A stretch of 64,000 nucleotides of DNA from Oscillospiraceae bacterium (GCA_015068735.1 SVJW01000005.1:321-64320), one strand, 5' to 3'; shown: positions 52,839 through 62,687, numbered from the stretch's first letter. Made by a program: numbers and translations. Notes: generated from the letters alone by a model not told the origin.

Positions 52839-53531
52839 ATGATTATTAAGCTTGCAGGACTTATTATCGATGTAAAAAATAAATATAGTTATTTCAACGA
52901 TTTTTGCCGCGGTTTTGAGGCAGAGGGGAAACCCCATTTTACTGTAGAAGTCCCCGACAAGGTAATGAAAAAGGTGATTGAGGAAAACCCCGACTGTTCT
53001 GACGGATACTTGGAAAGTCTTGAAATTTACCGTATTATCTGCCGTAAAATATTGAAATACGATGCAATGCTGATGCATTGTGCGGCAGTAGCCGTTGACG
53101 GTGAGGCGTATCTTTTCACCGCAGTCAGCGGTACGGGGAAAACCACTCATATAAGGCTGTGGGCGGAAAAGTTCGGCGACAGATTTTTGGTGGTAAACGG
53201 GGATAAACCCATTCTGCGTATGAGAAACGGGAAGTTTTTCGCTTGCGGAACACCTTGGCGAGGAAAAGAAAACTACGGACATAATGTGGTTGCTCCCATT
53301 AAGGCGGTATGTATTTTAGAGCGTGGCGAAACTAATGAGATTGAAAAAATCGCTCCTCATGAAGCGATTTCAACGGTGCTGACGCAGACATTAAGAACAA
53401 GCGATATGTACGAAATGGAAAAAATGCTTGTTCTTACAGATAAACTCCTCGGAAGTGTTCCTTTTTACAGACTTCGTTGTAATATGGATCCCGAGGCGGC
53501 AGATGTTTCCTATAACGGAATGCAGGAGTGA
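52839..53531 (+). CDS. Hypothetical P-loop-like protein (HprK-C-terminal-like?)
   Basis: 230 aa. HCAAVAVDGEAYLFTAVSGTGKTTH resembles the HAxxV..G.A.L..G.SG.GKST core of HPr-kinase-like proteins. Weak call. Confidence 0.35.
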   Translation: MIIKLAGLIIDVKNKYSYFNDFCRGFEAEGKPHFTVEVPDKVMKKVIEENPDCSDGYLESLEIYRIICRKILKYDAMLMHCAAVAVDGEAYLFTAVSGTGKTTHIRLWAEKFGDRFLVVNGDKPILRMRNGKFFACGTPWRGKENYGHNVVAPIKAVCILERGETNEIEKIAPHEAISTVLTQTLRTSDMYEMEKMLVLTDKLLGSVPFYRLRCNMDPEAADVSYNGMQE

Positions 53532-53535
53532 GACG

Positions 53536-53751
53536 ATGTTTAACAAAAGAAAATTTAAAGAGTCCGACTGTTGCCGTTACTGTAAGTATCTTCAGTCAAA
53601 CGGTGAGGAATATACCTGTAAATATGTAAAGGGCGAGTTTAAGCTCAGCGGAATTTGTAAAAAGTACGTTTTCAATCCTTTTGCACCAAGAGTTCCCAGA
53701 GTTCGTAATTTAGACACGACAATGTTTGACCCGTTAGACTTCAAAATATAA
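53536..53751 (+). CDS. Small Cys-rich protein (71 aa), hypothetical
   Basis: ATG 53536, 5 nt after AGGAGTG. MFNKRKFKESDCCRYCKYLQSNGEEYTCKYVKGEFKLSGICKKY... Confidence 0.45.
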   Translation: MFNKRKFKESDCCRYCKYLQSNGEEYTCKYVKGEFKLSGICKKYVFNPFAPRVPRVRNLDTTMFDPLDFKI

Positions 53752-53760
53752 GGTGATTTT

Positions 53761-54222
53761 ATGAAACCGCAGAAAATAGAAAGCTTTAAAATAGACCACA
53801 ACAAATTAAATCCCGGGATTTATGTGTCCCGTACAGACGGGGATATTGTGACATATGACCTCCGTACAAGAAAGCCCAATATGGGAGATTATATGGACAA
53901 CGCTACCATGCACAGCGTGGAGCATATGATTGCGACTTATATCCGCAGTTCGTCAATCGGGCGGGATATAATATATTTCGGGCCCATGGGTTGCCAGACG
54001 GGGTTTTATCTTCTTGTGAGAAACGGAAAAAATGAGGAAGTTCTTGCCGTTTTAAAGGAAACTCTCCAAAAGGTTATTTCTCATGAGGGTGATGTTTTCG
54101 GTGCATCTCAGATTGAATGCGGAAACTACAAGAATCTCGATATTTCTCTTGCAAAAGAGGAATGCAGGAGGTATCTCGACATTCTTAGCAGCTATACTCC
54201 CGATTTTAAATATGAGGTGTAA
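53761..54222 (+). CDS. luxS: S-ribosylhomocysteine lyase
   Basis: HSVEHMIATYIR metal motif and FGPMGCQTGFY. Confidence 0.9.
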   Translation: MKPQKIESFKIDHNKLNPGIYVSRTDGDIVTYDLRTRKPNMGDYMDNATMHSVEHMIATYIRSSSIGRDIIYFGPMGCQTGFYLLVRNGKNEEVLAVLKETLQKVISHEGDVFGASQIECGNYKNLDISLAKEECRRYLDILSSYTPDFKYEV

Positions 54223-54225
54223 GAA

Positions 54226-54900
54226 ATGATTGGTATTATCGGTGCAATGGACATTGAAATAGAGCATATCAATGCCATAATGGAAAATAAAGAGGAATTT
54301 ACAGTAAGCGGTGCTCTTTATACAAAAGGTATGCTTAACGGTAAAGGAATTGTCACAGCTGTGTGCGGTATCGGTAAAGTTTTTGCCGCAATGTGCGCGC
54401 AGACAATGATTGTAAAGTTCGGTGCAGACAAAATTATAAACACAGGTGTTGCAGGTGGTCTTACGGAAAAGACCGATATTCTTGACACCGTTGTTGCAAC
54501 GGCACTTGTTCAGCACGATATGGACACTACTTATTTCGGTGACCCCCGTGGTATGATTTCCGGCATCAATGTGGTGGAATTTCCCTGCGATAAGGAACTT
54601 GCAGAGAAAATTTCCGCCAATGTTGAGGGAAACTTAGTTCGCGGCATTGTAGCATCGGGCGACTGCTTCGTTGCAGACAACGATAAGAAAAAAGACATTG
54701 CAGAAACCTTCAATGCCGTTGCCTGCGAAATGGAAGGCGCTTCAATTGCACAGGTTTGTTATGTGAATAAAGTGCCTTTTGCGGTACTCCGTACCATTTC
54801 CGACGGTGCAAACGGTGAAGAAATGAGCTACGAAAAATTCAGAGTTGTAGCAGCTGAAAAGGCAGCAAAAGTTATAATAAATACATTAAAAGAAATATAA
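54226..54900 (+). CDS. mtnN: 5'-methylthioadenosine/S-adenosylhomocysteine nucleosidase
   Basis: MIGIIGAMDIEI..., VACEMEGASIAQVC and LRTISD motifs. Confidence 0.9.
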   Translation: MIGIIGAMDIEIEHINAIMENKEEFTVSGALYTKGMLNGKGIVTAVCGIGKVFAAMCAQTMIVKFGADKIINTGVAGGLTEKTDILDTVVATALVQHDMDTTYFGDPRGMISGINVVEFPCDKELAEKISANVEGNLVRGIVASGDCFVADNDKKKDIAETFNAVACEMEGASIAQVCYVNKVPFAVLRTISDGANGEEMSYEKFRVVAAEKAAKVIINTLKEI

Positions 54901-54913
54901 AAGAGGTAGGAAA

Positions 54914-55654
54914 ATGAAAAGTATTGTATTAGCGGCAGGTTATGCCACAAGGCTGTATCCCCTTACTGAAAATTTCCCCAAACCCCTGCTTGAAGTTGCA
55001 GGAAGAAGTATACTCGACAGACTTCTTGACGACATTGACAACATTGACGGGATAAATGAGCATATCATAATTTCCAACCATAAGTATGTGGAGCATTTTG
55101 AAAACTGGAAGAAAAACAGCTCACTCAAAAATCCCGTTACCATTATTGATGACGGCTCTATCTCCAACGAAACAAGACTCGGTGCAGTTAAGGATATTCA
55201 GTTTGCAATTGACACATTAAACCTTGACGACGACCTTTTGATTGTTGCAGGCGATAATATTCTTGACTTTTCATTCAAGCCCTTTGTTGAGCTTTTCAAG
55301 GAGAAAAACTCCGCCGTTGTAATGTGTAGCTACAAGGAAGATGTGAATGCTCTTCGCAGAAGCGGTGTTATGATTCCCGATGCAGATTTCAAGGTTATTT
55401 CTATGGAAGAAAAACCGCAGGATCCCAAGAGCAACTGGTGTGTAGGTCCTTTCTACATATATAAGAAAGATGAGCTCCCCCTTGTAAAGCAGGGTATTGA
55501 GGATGGTTGCGGTACAGATGCTCCCGGCAGCTTCATCAGCTATCTGTGTCAGAAAACAGATGTGTATGCCCTTAAAATGCCGGGAATGAGATACGATATC
55601 GGGACTTTAGAAAGTTATGAAGAAGTAAAAAGAATCTTCGCTGATAAGAACTAA
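54914..55654 (+). CDS. Sugar-phosphate nucleotidyltransferase family protein
   Basis: N-terminal LAAGYATRLYPLTENFPKPLL, a variant of the GxGTRL motif. Confidence 0.7.
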   Translation: MKSIVLAAGYATRLYPLTENFPKPLLEVAGRSILDRLLDDIDNIDGINEHIIISNHKYVEHFENWKKNSSLKNPVTIIDDGSISNETRLGAVKDIQFAIDTLNLDDDLLIVAGDNILDFSFKPFVELFKEKNSAVVMCSYKEDVNALRRSGVMIPDADFKVISMEEKPQDPKSNWCVGPFYIYKKDELPLVKQGIEDGCGTDAPGSFISYLCQKTDVYALKMPGMRYDIGTLESYEEVKRIFADKN

Positions 55655-55668
55655 AAAAGAGTGCTTGG

Positions 55669-56481
55669 TTATATGCCAAGCACTCTTTCTGCGTTTTTAT
55701 GCTCTATAAGTTCCAAATCTTCATCGGTTAAATCGAGTGACAGCAAATACTCATACGAATCCTTCGGACTTTGCCACGGGTTATCGCTTCCGAAAAGGAA
55801 TTTGTCTGCTCCGTGGCGGAGAAGCATATCACGGCACTTCTCCTTGTCAAGAAAACCGTAAATCATAGATGTATCCATATAAATATCAGTTCCGATGAGG
55901 TATTTGTCCACATCGTCCCACATTGAGAAACTACCGAAATGCGCCGCAATAATGTTTTTACATCCTGTTCTGTCAATAAGATTCCTGAGTTTTTCGGGAG
56001 TACAATGGAAAGGTGGCTTGTATCCGTAATCCTCGCCTGAGTGGAAAAGCACCCACAAGCCGAGTTCCTCACATTTTTTTACAATTTTTTCAACAATCGG
56101 CTCATCAACGAAAAACGTCTGAAATTCAGGGTGCATCTTTATACCCTTTAAGCCGTCAGCGGCAATATATTCAAGAGTTTCCTCCCAGTCCTCCTGCCTT
56201 GGATGAACGCTGCCAAAAGAAATAATGCGTTTATTGTCGGTGATTTCTTTTGCGAAGCGGTTAATGGTGGTGTGCTGGGGGGGAGATGTTGCAATCGGCA
56301 TAACAATGCTCATATCAACACCGCACTCGTCCATGCTTTTTATAAGTCCTGCAAGAGTTCCGTCGGTCTGTGGCTTTAAAAGAAGCTTGCCGTGTGTGTT
56401 TATTATTCCGTTTTCCAGAGCTTCAATTGCGCGTGCGGCAATTTTGTCAGGAAATAAATGTGTGTGAAAATCAATTAACAT
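55669..56481 (-). CDS. Amidohydrolase-2 family metal-dependent hydrolase (TIM barrel)
   Basis: MLIDFHTHLFP HxH motif. 270 aa. Confidence 0.75.
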   Translation of the reverse strand: MLIDFHTHLFPDKIAARAIEALENGIINTHGKLLLKPQTDGTLAGLIKSMDECGVDMSIVMPIATSPPQHTTINRFAKEITDNKRIISFGSVHPRQEDWEETLEYIAADGLKGIKMHPEFQTFFVDEPIVEKIVKKCEELGLWVLFHSGEDYGYKPPFHCTPEKLRNLIDRTGCKNIIAAHFGSFSMWDDVDKYLIGTDIYMDTSMIYGFLDKEKCRDMLLRHGADKFLFGSDNPWQSPKDSYEYLLSLDLTDEDLELIEHKNAERVLGI

Positions 56482-56512
56482 AATGTCAGTCCTTTACTAA
56501 GGGGTTTTAAAT

Positions 56513-56540
56513 AGAGGATGCAGAATTTCCTGCATCCTCT
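56513..56540. repeat. 28-bp palindromic repeat, copy 1
   Basis: AGAGGATGCAG-AATTTC-CTGCATCCTCT. Confidence 0.9.
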
Positions 56541-56663
56541 CAGACTGTCGAAAAAGTCGGTCAACCGCAAGCAAATTTAAATGCTTGAAATTTTTGTAGG
56601 GGTTGGCGATTTTCGACAACCCGTTAATAAAAGAACTGTTTGTTAAAACAAATATTGAGTAAA

Positions 56664-56694
56664 GCCCTGAAAATTGCAGTTTTCAGGGCTTTTT
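56664..56694 (+). terminator. Terminator-like hairpin inside the element
   Basis: GCCCTGAAAA-TTGCAG-TTTTCAGGGC followed by TTTTT. No plus-strand CDS upstream. Confidence 0.5.
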
Positions 56695-56814
56695 GCTTGC
56701 TTCCGTTCAAGTCAATCTCTACCGTACCCTCGTACGCCGACGAGCTTGCCTTGAACAGATTTACCTTTCTTTTTCCTCGTCTGCCAGCGTGTCGATAGGT
56801 TTATCGACACGCTG

Positions 56815-56842
56815 AGAGGATGCAGAATTTCCTGCATCCTCT
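56815..56842. repeat. 28-bp palindromic repeat, copy 2
   Basis: Identical to 56513-56540. Preceded by the 13-bp-stem hairpin CAGCGTGTCGATA-GGTT-TATCGACACGCTG (56785-56814). Confidence 0.9.
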
Positions 56843-56852
56843 ATACTTATTA

Positions 56853-59474
56853 TTAGTTTAATTTGCTTAAAGATTCAAGGACTTTTTCATACATTTCTCT
56901 GTACTTAACGCCCTTTGCCTTTTCTTCCTCAATCAATTTTGCCGGAGCTTTCGCTACGAAGCCCTGATTGGAAAGCTTCTTCTCAACACGGTCAATTTCA
57001 GCTTCGAGGCGTTCCTTTTCCTTATTGAGACGCTCTTTTTCCTTTTCGGTATCGATAAGCTCATCCATGGGCATAAATATCTTTGCACCCTCAACGATTA
57101 CACTTACTGCACCTTCGGGAATACCTGCTTCTGTATCGGTAACCACAACATCCTTAGCACCTGCAAGCTTTTCATAGAATGCAATGCCGCTTTCAAAAAG
57201 CTCCTTGTTATCTGTTACGATAATCATACTTGCTCTTCTTGACGGGGGAACATTCATTTCCGTTCTTATATTACGAACGCTCTTTATTGCATCGCAGATA
57301 ACGGCCATTTTCTTTTCTTCCTCGGGGAAAGAAAGAGAATCTGTATAAAGTGGCCACTGTGATGTCATAATTGTTTCCTCACCTGTGGGAAGTGCGCAGA
57401 AGATTTCTTCTGTAATAAAAGGCATAAAGGGATGGAGAAGCTTCAATATTCCGCTTAATACGTAGCAAAGAGTTCTCTGTGCATCCAGCTTGCTTTCTGT
57501 ATTTTCACCATAAAGACGAGGCTTAACAAGTTCAATATACCAGTCGCAGAATTCATCCCAGATAAAGTCGTAAAGGTTGCCGAGAGCAACACCGAGCTCA
57601 AACTTATCAAGATTTTCGGTAACTGACTTAACAACGCTGTTATAACGGGAGATGATCCACTTATCCTCGGTCTGGGGCGCTTTGGGAAGAGTGCATTCCT
57701 CAACCTCAAGATTCATAAGAACGAATCTTGCCGCATTCCAGATTTTGTTAGCAAAGTTTCTGCTTGATTCAACTCTTTCCCAATAGAAACGCATATCGTT
57801 ACCGGGTGCGTTACCTGTTGCAAGAGTGAAACGAAGTGCGTCCGCACCATATTTATCGATAACTTCAAGAGGATCAATACCGTTACCGAGAGATTTACTC
57901 ATCTTTCTTCCCTGACTGTCACGAACGATACCGTGAATGAACACGTGGCGGAAGGGTGGCTTTTTCATATGCTCGCATCCGCTGAAAATCATTCTTGCAA
58001 CCCAGAAGAAAATAATGTCATATCCTGTTACAAGTGTGCTTGTGGGATAGTAATAGTTAAGCTCGGGAGTGTCATCAGGCCAACCCAGTGTGGAGAAAGG
58101 CCAGAGCGCAGAGGAGAACCATGTATCGAGAACGTCCTCTTCCTGACGCATGGGCTTGCCGCACTTAGGACAAACTTCAACATCGGTCTTACTTACTACC
58201 ATTTCACCGCAAGCATCGCAGTAGAATGCAGGAATTCTGTGTCCCCACCAGAGCTGACGGGAAATACACCAATCGTGTACATTCTCCATCCAGTTTGTGT
58301 ATGTCTTGGTAAATCTTTCGGGAACGAACTCAACTTCGCCGTCACGAACAACGCGGAGAGCTTCCTCAGCCAGAGGCTTCATCTTAACGAACCACTGGTC
58401 GCTTGTAAGAGGTTCAACAGTTGTGCTGCAACGGTAGCAAGTACCAACATTGTGTGTATAATCTTCAACCTTAATAAGTGCACCGCATTCTTCAAGGTCT
58501 TTAACGATTTCTTTTCTTGCTTCGTAGCGGTCCATACCTTCGTATTTTCCGCCCTGAGCGTTGATGGAAGCATCGTCATTCATTACATTGATAATAGGAA
58601 GATTGTGACGAAGTCCAACCTCAAAGTCATTGGGGTCGTGAGCAGGAGTAATCTTAACAGCACCTGTTCCGAAATCCTTTTCAACATATTCATCGGCAAC
58701 AATCGGAATTTCTCTGCCAACAAGGGGAAGAATACAGGTCTTACCTATAAGATCTGTATATCTTTCATCCTCGGGGTTAACTGCAATAGCAGTATCGCCA
58801 AGAAGCGTCTCGGGACGTGTTGTTGCGATTTCAATGTACTGGTCGGAATCTGACATCTTATAACGAATATGCCAGAAATGTCCGGGCTGTTCTGTGTATT
58901 CAACTTCAGCATCTGAAAGAGCAGTAGCACAGCTGGGACACCAGTTAATAATCTTGTTACCCTTATAGATAAGTCCCTTTTCGTAAAGGTTTACGAAAAC
59001 TTCACGAACTGCCTTGGAGCAACCCTCGTCCATTGTGAAACGCTCTCTCTCCCAGTCGCAGGAGCAACCGAGTTTCTTAAGCTGATTGATGATACGGTCA
59101 CCGAACTTATTCTTCCAGTCCCAAACTCTTTCAAGGAACTTCTCACGACCGAGGTCATAACGGGTAAGCCCTTCATTCACACGGAGAGCTTCCTCAACCT
59201 TGATCTGTGTTGCGATACCTGCATGGTCAGTACCGGGCACCCAGAGAGCAGAGTAGCCCTGCATTCTCTTGTAACGGATAAGTACGTCCTGAAGTGTTTC
59301 ATCAAGAGCGTGACCCATATGGAGCTGACCTGTAACATTGGGAGGAGGAATTACGATTGTGTAAGGCTCCTTCTTGCTGTCAGGCTCAGCATGGAAATAT
59401 CCGCCGTCAATCCATTTTTTATAAAGCTTGTCCTCGATTTCTGACGGATTATAGGTTTTTTCTAAGTTTTTCAA
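56853..59474 (-). CDS. valS: Valine--tRNA ligase
   Basis: 873 aa. HIGH-type motif (GQLHMGHA), KMSKS, C-terminal coiled coil. TTG start with AAAGGATGG RBS. Confidence 0.95.
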   Translation of the reverse strand: MKNLEKTYNPSEIEDKLYKKWIDGGYFHAEPDSKKEPYTIVIPPPNVTGQLHMGHALDETLQDVLIRYKRMQGYSALWVPGTDHAGIATQIKVEEALRVNEGLTRYDLGREKFLERVWDWKNKFGDRIINQLKKLGCSCDWERERFTMDEGCSKAVREVFVNLYEKGLIYKGNKIINWCPSCATALSDAEVEYTEQPGHFWHIRYKMSDSDQYIEIATTRPETLLGDTAIAVNPEDERYTDLIGKTCILPLVGREIPIVADEYVEKDFGTGAVKITPAHDPNDFEVGLRHNLPIINVMNDDASINAQGGKYEGMDRYEARKEIVKDLEECGALIKVEDYTHNVGTCYRCSTTVEPLTSDQWFVKMKPLAEEALRVVRDGEVEFVPERFTKTYTNWMENVHDWCISRQLWWGHRIPAFYCDACGEMVVSKTDVEVCPKCGKPMRQEEDVLDTWFSSALWPFSTLGWPDDTPELNYYYPTSTLVTGYDIIFFWVARMIFSGCEHMKKPPFRHVFIHGIVRDSQGRKMSKSLGNGIDPLEVIDKYGADALRFTLATGNAPGNDMRFYWERVESSRNFANKIWNAARFVLMNLEVEECTLPKAPQTEDKWIISRYNSVVKSVTENLDKFELGVALGNLYDFIWDEFCDWYIELVKPRLYGENTESKLDAQRTLCYVLSGILKLLHPFMPFITEEIFCALPTGEETIMTSQWPLYTDSLSFPEEEKKMAVICDAIKSVRNIRTEMNVPPSRRASMIIVTDNKELFESGIAFYEKLAGAKDVVVTDTEAGIPEGAVSVIVEGAKIFMPMDELIDTEKEKERLNKEKERLEAEIDRVEKKLSNQGFVAKAPAKLIEEEKAKGVKYREMYEKVLESLSKLN

Positions 59475-59497
59475 AATATATCCATCCTTTCAAGATG

Positions 59498-59668
59498 TTA
59501 TTTACCAAAAATAAATAAAAGTGAAATTGATAAAACAACTATTATAAGTCCAATGAATTTCAGTTTAAGTGCGGAAACTCCGAGCTTTTCACCGATAAGG
59601 CGCGCCGTAAAATTCAGGATTCCTCCCAAAACGGCAAATGCTAAAAATATAATTCCCCGGATACTCAC
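59498..59668 (-). CDS. Small hydrophobic protein (56 aa) immediately upstream of valS
   Basis: Below the ORF-track cutoff. GTG start 4-5 nt after AGGTGA. VSIRGIIFLAFAVLGGILNF...LIIVVLSISLLFIFGK. The stop is 23 nt before the valS start. Confidence 0.4.
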   Translation of the reverse strand: MSIRGIIFLAFAVLGGILNFTARLIGEKLGVSALKLKFIGLIIVVLSISLLFIFGK

Positions 59669-59834
59669 AAAATCACCTACTTATAGCAGTATATCATTAT
59701 GTTATTTTACCACAGAACAAAAAAGTTGTCTACCATTTTTTGCTTATAAATAAAAAAATGTATAAAAACCTGTTTTTGGTAAAGAATGTATACAGAACAA
59801 TAAACCTGTTTATGGAAAAAGGAGGCTGAATACG

Positions 59835-60491
59835 GTGAAGAAACGAATTTTCACAGTTGGTGTCACGATGTTTCTCTTGCTTACGGTATGTGTAACCGCC
59901 TTTGCTGTGTCAAAAGTGGGTTCTCGTGGAGAAGAGGTCAAAAAAATCCAGACCAAACTTAAAAACTGGGGATATTATTCGGGAAGCGTGGATGGTGTTT
60001 ATGGGTGGCAGACGGAAAATGCCGTGCGCAGTTTTCAGAAAAAGAACGGACTGAAAGTAGACGGCATTGCAGGTGTGCAAACACTTAATGCCATGGGAAT
60101 TTCTTCATCTTCCTCATCAGGGCAGACAGCATCACCTAACGATGCTAACATTGAACTTCTTGCAAGAGTGATTAACGGTGAAGCAAGGGGTGAGCCTTAT
60201 GAAGGTCAAGTGGCTGTGGGCGCCGTTGTTTTAAACCGTGTGGATCATCCGTCGTTCCCCAATACAATTGCAGGGGTAGTATATCAGAAAGGCGCATTTA
60301 CAGCTGTTGATGACGGACAAATAAATGCGCAGATGTATGCAAGCAGCCGCCGTGCCGCCCGTGATGCTCTTAACGGCTGGGACCCTACAGGCGGAGCAAT
60401 ATATTATTATAACCCGAAAACGGCAACGAATAAGTGGATAAGAACTCGCGAGGTTATATGCACGATAGGCGAGCATGTATTCTGCAATTAA
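59835..60491 (+). CDS. sleB: Spore cortex-lytic enzyme SleB-like (PG-binding domain + Hydrolase_2)
   Basis: GTG start 8 nt after AAAGGAGG. Signal peptide. GSRGEEVKKIQTKLKNWGYY...VDGIAG. NGEARGEPYEGQVAVGAVVLNR. Confidence 0.85.
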   Translation: MKKRIFTVGVTMFLLLTVCVTAFAVSKVGSRGEEVKKIQTKLKNWGYYSGSVDGVYGWQTENAVRSFQKKNGLKVDGIAGVQTLNAMGISSSSSSGQTASPNDANIELLARVINGEARGEPYEGQVAVGAVVLNRVDHPSFPNTIAGVVYQKGAFTAVDDGQINAQMYASSRRAARDALNGWDPTGGAIYYYNPKTATNKWIRTREVICTIGEHVFCN

Positions 60492-60605
60492 GGCGGATGA
60501 CGAGGTCATCCTTTCGAAACGAAAAGTTTCTGACGAAAATATTTCGTTTAGACTGAAGGGCTTTCGCTCGCGCGGCACCCATCACTATATTTGACAATAA
60601 AAATA

Positions 60606-60634
60606 TTGACGAAAAAAGGTGTAGGTGTTATAAT
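60606..60634 (+). promoter_or_regulatory. Consensus-like promoter (TTGACG-17-TATAAT)
   Basis: Read directly from the sequence. About 140 nt upstream of the 60775 ATG. Confidence 0.55.
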
Positions 60635-60774
60635 ACAAATTAGGAAACACCCATAAGTAAAAGAACTGTTTTTATATGAAATTTTAAAATCTATGAGAAA
60701 GATGGATTATATAGCGCGCTGATAAGGTTTTCAATTAGTTGATATATTATTACAAAAGAGAAAGGAACCAAACT

Positions 60775-61398
60775 ATGGCGACAACAACAACCTATACGAC
60801 AGATGTTACGGTGCCAATATATGCAAGTTGGAAATGTGAAAAATGTGGTGAGACTAACTTTTCTACAGGAGTTATTGGGTATCGAGCGGAGGTATCAACT
60901 AACTCTTGTCGCAAATCAGTACGAGAAAAAGCGAAATTGGAAGCTTCTACTCTTGCAGAGAACGAATGGAGAAGAAATGTGTATAAAATAATAACTGATC
61001 CAAATCATAGTGCGGAGTCTTTACGTAACGATCTTTTTTTACAAAATACAAATTGTGCTAAATGCGGAGAGAAACCCAGCTGGGATAAAAATATGAAATA
61101 TTTAAAATGGGCGGCTATCTCTTTCATATGTGCAGTGCTGAGCGGAATTGTAGCTTTTTCTGAAAAAACAAGTTTTGTTGGTTGGTTGATTTTTCTTGCC
61201 TCGTTAAGCGGCGTAATATATGGCTTTGCTACTGAGTCTCGTTATAAAAAGACAATGATAAATTTGCCAAAAGAATATACTCCAGTGATTGGGACACTCA
61301 ATGAGGATGTGATAGAATATACAACTCATCGTGGTAAAACTGTTCCGACTCCAGAGGAAAGTATTCAAATTGTTAAAAATTATGGTAGAGATTGTTAA
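60775..61398 (+). CDS. Zn-ribbon + 2-TM hypothetical protein
   Basis: 207 aa from ATG 60775. CEKCG...CAKCG. Two adjacent TM segments (AAISFICAVLSGIVAF, VGWLIFLASLSGVIYGF). Confidence 0.6.
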   Translation: MATTTTYTTDVTVPIYASWKCEKCGETNFSTGVIGYRAEVSTNSCRKSVREKAKLEASTLAENEWRRNVYKIITDPNHSAESLRNDLFLQNTNCAKCGEKPSWDKNMKYLKWAAISFICAVLSGIVAFSEKTSFVGWLIFLASLSGVIYGFATESRYKKTMINLPKEYTPVIGTLNEDVIEYTTHRGKTVPTPEESIQIVKNYGRDC

Positions 61399-61581
61399 AA
61401 AATAAAAAGAAAAGTGCTTGTTTTTAAAGGTACAATTTTAGAGGCCCTATAAGATTTTTTAAGAAACTATATAGTATAAAAAAGATGTAAAAAACTATCA
61501 ATGTCCTTCTTAAATACAAAAAAATTGACCATAGGACTAACTTTGCATAAATTAAATGACCGAGGGACTGCGGTGAATAAT

Positions 61582-61902
61582 ATGTATTATGTATATTTAA
61601 TGCGGTGCAGTGATAATTCGCTTTACTGCGGAATCACAACCGATTTATTCAGGCGGTTTGAGGAGCATACAAATAAAGAAAATTCCAAAGGGGCAAAGTA
61701 TACCCACGCAAAGGAAGTAGTGTCCATTGCAGCCGCGTGGCAGACGGAAGAGGGCAGGAGCGAGGCTTCAAAGCTTGAAGCAAGGCTTAAAAAACTCCCC
61801 AAAGCAAAAAAGGAAATTCTCACTAAATTTCCCGAAAGATTATATGAATTTTATGACGGTGAGCAAGTGTTTATCCCAGAAAATCTTGAATTAACCAATT
61901 AA
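61582..61902 (+). CDS. GIY-YIG nuclease-family protein
   Basis: MYYVYLMRCSDNSLYCGITTDLFRRFEEH is the classic GIY-YIG N-terminus. Confidence 0.8.
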   Translation: MYYVYLMRCSDNSLYCGITTDLFRRFEEHTNKENSKGAKYTHAKEVVSIAAAWQTEEGRSEASKLEARLKKLPKAKKEILTKFPERLYEFYDGEQVFIPENLELTN

Positions 61903-62053
61903 GAAAACCACGGTCATCTTTTTCTTTTATAACAACTTTTTTGAGTTCCCAGCATCCCTCACAAAAACCAACTTCCTTAGACATAACATATTTGCTTTCA
62001 GGTTTGTTGGTACCGTTGATTTTGTTCCAACACTCAAGACAAAATTCTGCCAT
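61871..62053 (-). CDS. Small Zn-ribbon protein (60 aa)
   Basis: ATG 62053, 8 nt after AAAGGAG. MAEFCLECWNK...CEGCWE. Confidence 0.5.
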   Translation of the reverse strand: MAEFCLECWNKINGTNKPESKYVMSKEVGFCEGCWELKKVVIKEKDDRGFLNWLIQDFLG

Positions 62054-62152
62054 ATTGAATACTCCTTTCAACAAACACCAACAATCGTTGGTATATTTCT
62101 TATTGTAATCTACTATACTGTTTTTGTCAAGAACAATTGTGGGTGGTGGATT

Positions 62153-62374
62153 ATGAGAGAGGTTTTATCTGAGCGTTTAAAAGAATGTAGAAGAGAAAAG
62201 GGCTATACTCAAAATCAGGTTGCAATATATTGTGATATTACCGAAAAAACTTATCAGAATTACGAGCTGATGACACGGGAACCAAAGATTGAAATTCTGA
62301 TAAGGATAGCGAATTTGTTTGACACCACGATTGATTATCTTGTAGGAAGAACAAACGAAAAGAAGAACGGCTGA
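62153..62374 (+). CDS. XRE-family HTH regulator
   Basis: RREKGYTQNQVAIYCDITEKTYQNYE...IDYLVGR. Confidence 0.8.
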   Translation: MREVLSERLKECRREKGYTQNQVAIYCDITEKTYQNYELMTREPKIEILIRIANLFDTTIDYLVGRTNEKKNG

Positions 62375-62393
62375 CGAATTCTCGTCAGCCGTT
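62366..62393. terminator. Bidirectional terminator (12-bp stem)
   Basis: AACGGCTGACGA-ATTC-TCGTCAGCCGTT between convergent genes. Confidence 0.6.
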
Positions 62394-62399
62394 ATGTTT

Positions 62400-62687
62400 T
62401 TACATTTTGCATTTTTCTATAACGCTTTTGTATCCACCGTCGCCGTAGTTAAGGCAACGGTTTACACGGGAAATAGTTGTTGTTGAAGCACCTGTTGCCG
62501 CAACGATTTCATTAAAGGTCTTCCCGTCCAGAAGCATTTTTGCAACTTCAAGACGCTGGGACATTGTTTCCAGCTCTTTTATTGTGCAAAGATCTTCAAA
62601 AAACACCTTACATTCATCCTTGGATTTCAACGAAAGAATTGCATCATATAATTTTGTAAAATCATTTGATTTAGCCATATTCACCAA
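62400..62687 (-). CDS. YerC/YecD-family TrpR-like protein
   Basis: 95 aa. LCTIKELETMSQRLEVAKMLLDGKTFNEIVAATGASTTTISRVNRCLNYG. Confidence 0.8.
   Translation of the reverse strand: MVNMAKSNDFTKLYDAILSLKSKDECKVFFEDLCTIKELETMSQRLEVAKMLLDGKTFNEIVAATGASTTTISRVNRCLNYGDGGYKSVIEKCKM

Larger units (their letters stand above)
56513..56842. mobile_element. MITE-like / palindromic-repeat-bounded intergenic element (about 330 bp)
   Basis: Identical 28-bp hairpins at both ends, with flanks extending them to imperfect terminal inverted repeats of about 40 bp. The interior holds several hairpins and a terminator-like stem. Confidence 0.45.

Noticed and set aside
56513-56842. CRISPR array suggested by the repeated 28-bp palindromic sequence.
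   Set aside because: There are only two copies, separated by 274 bp, far longer than a spacer. The flanks form inverted repeats, and no cas genes are nearby.
56625-60675. Shared 14-mer TAAAAGAACTGTTT at about 56627 and about 60660.
   Set aside because: Several identical 14-mers are expected by chance in 64 kb of AT-rich DNA when both strands are considered. The flanks show no extended similarity.
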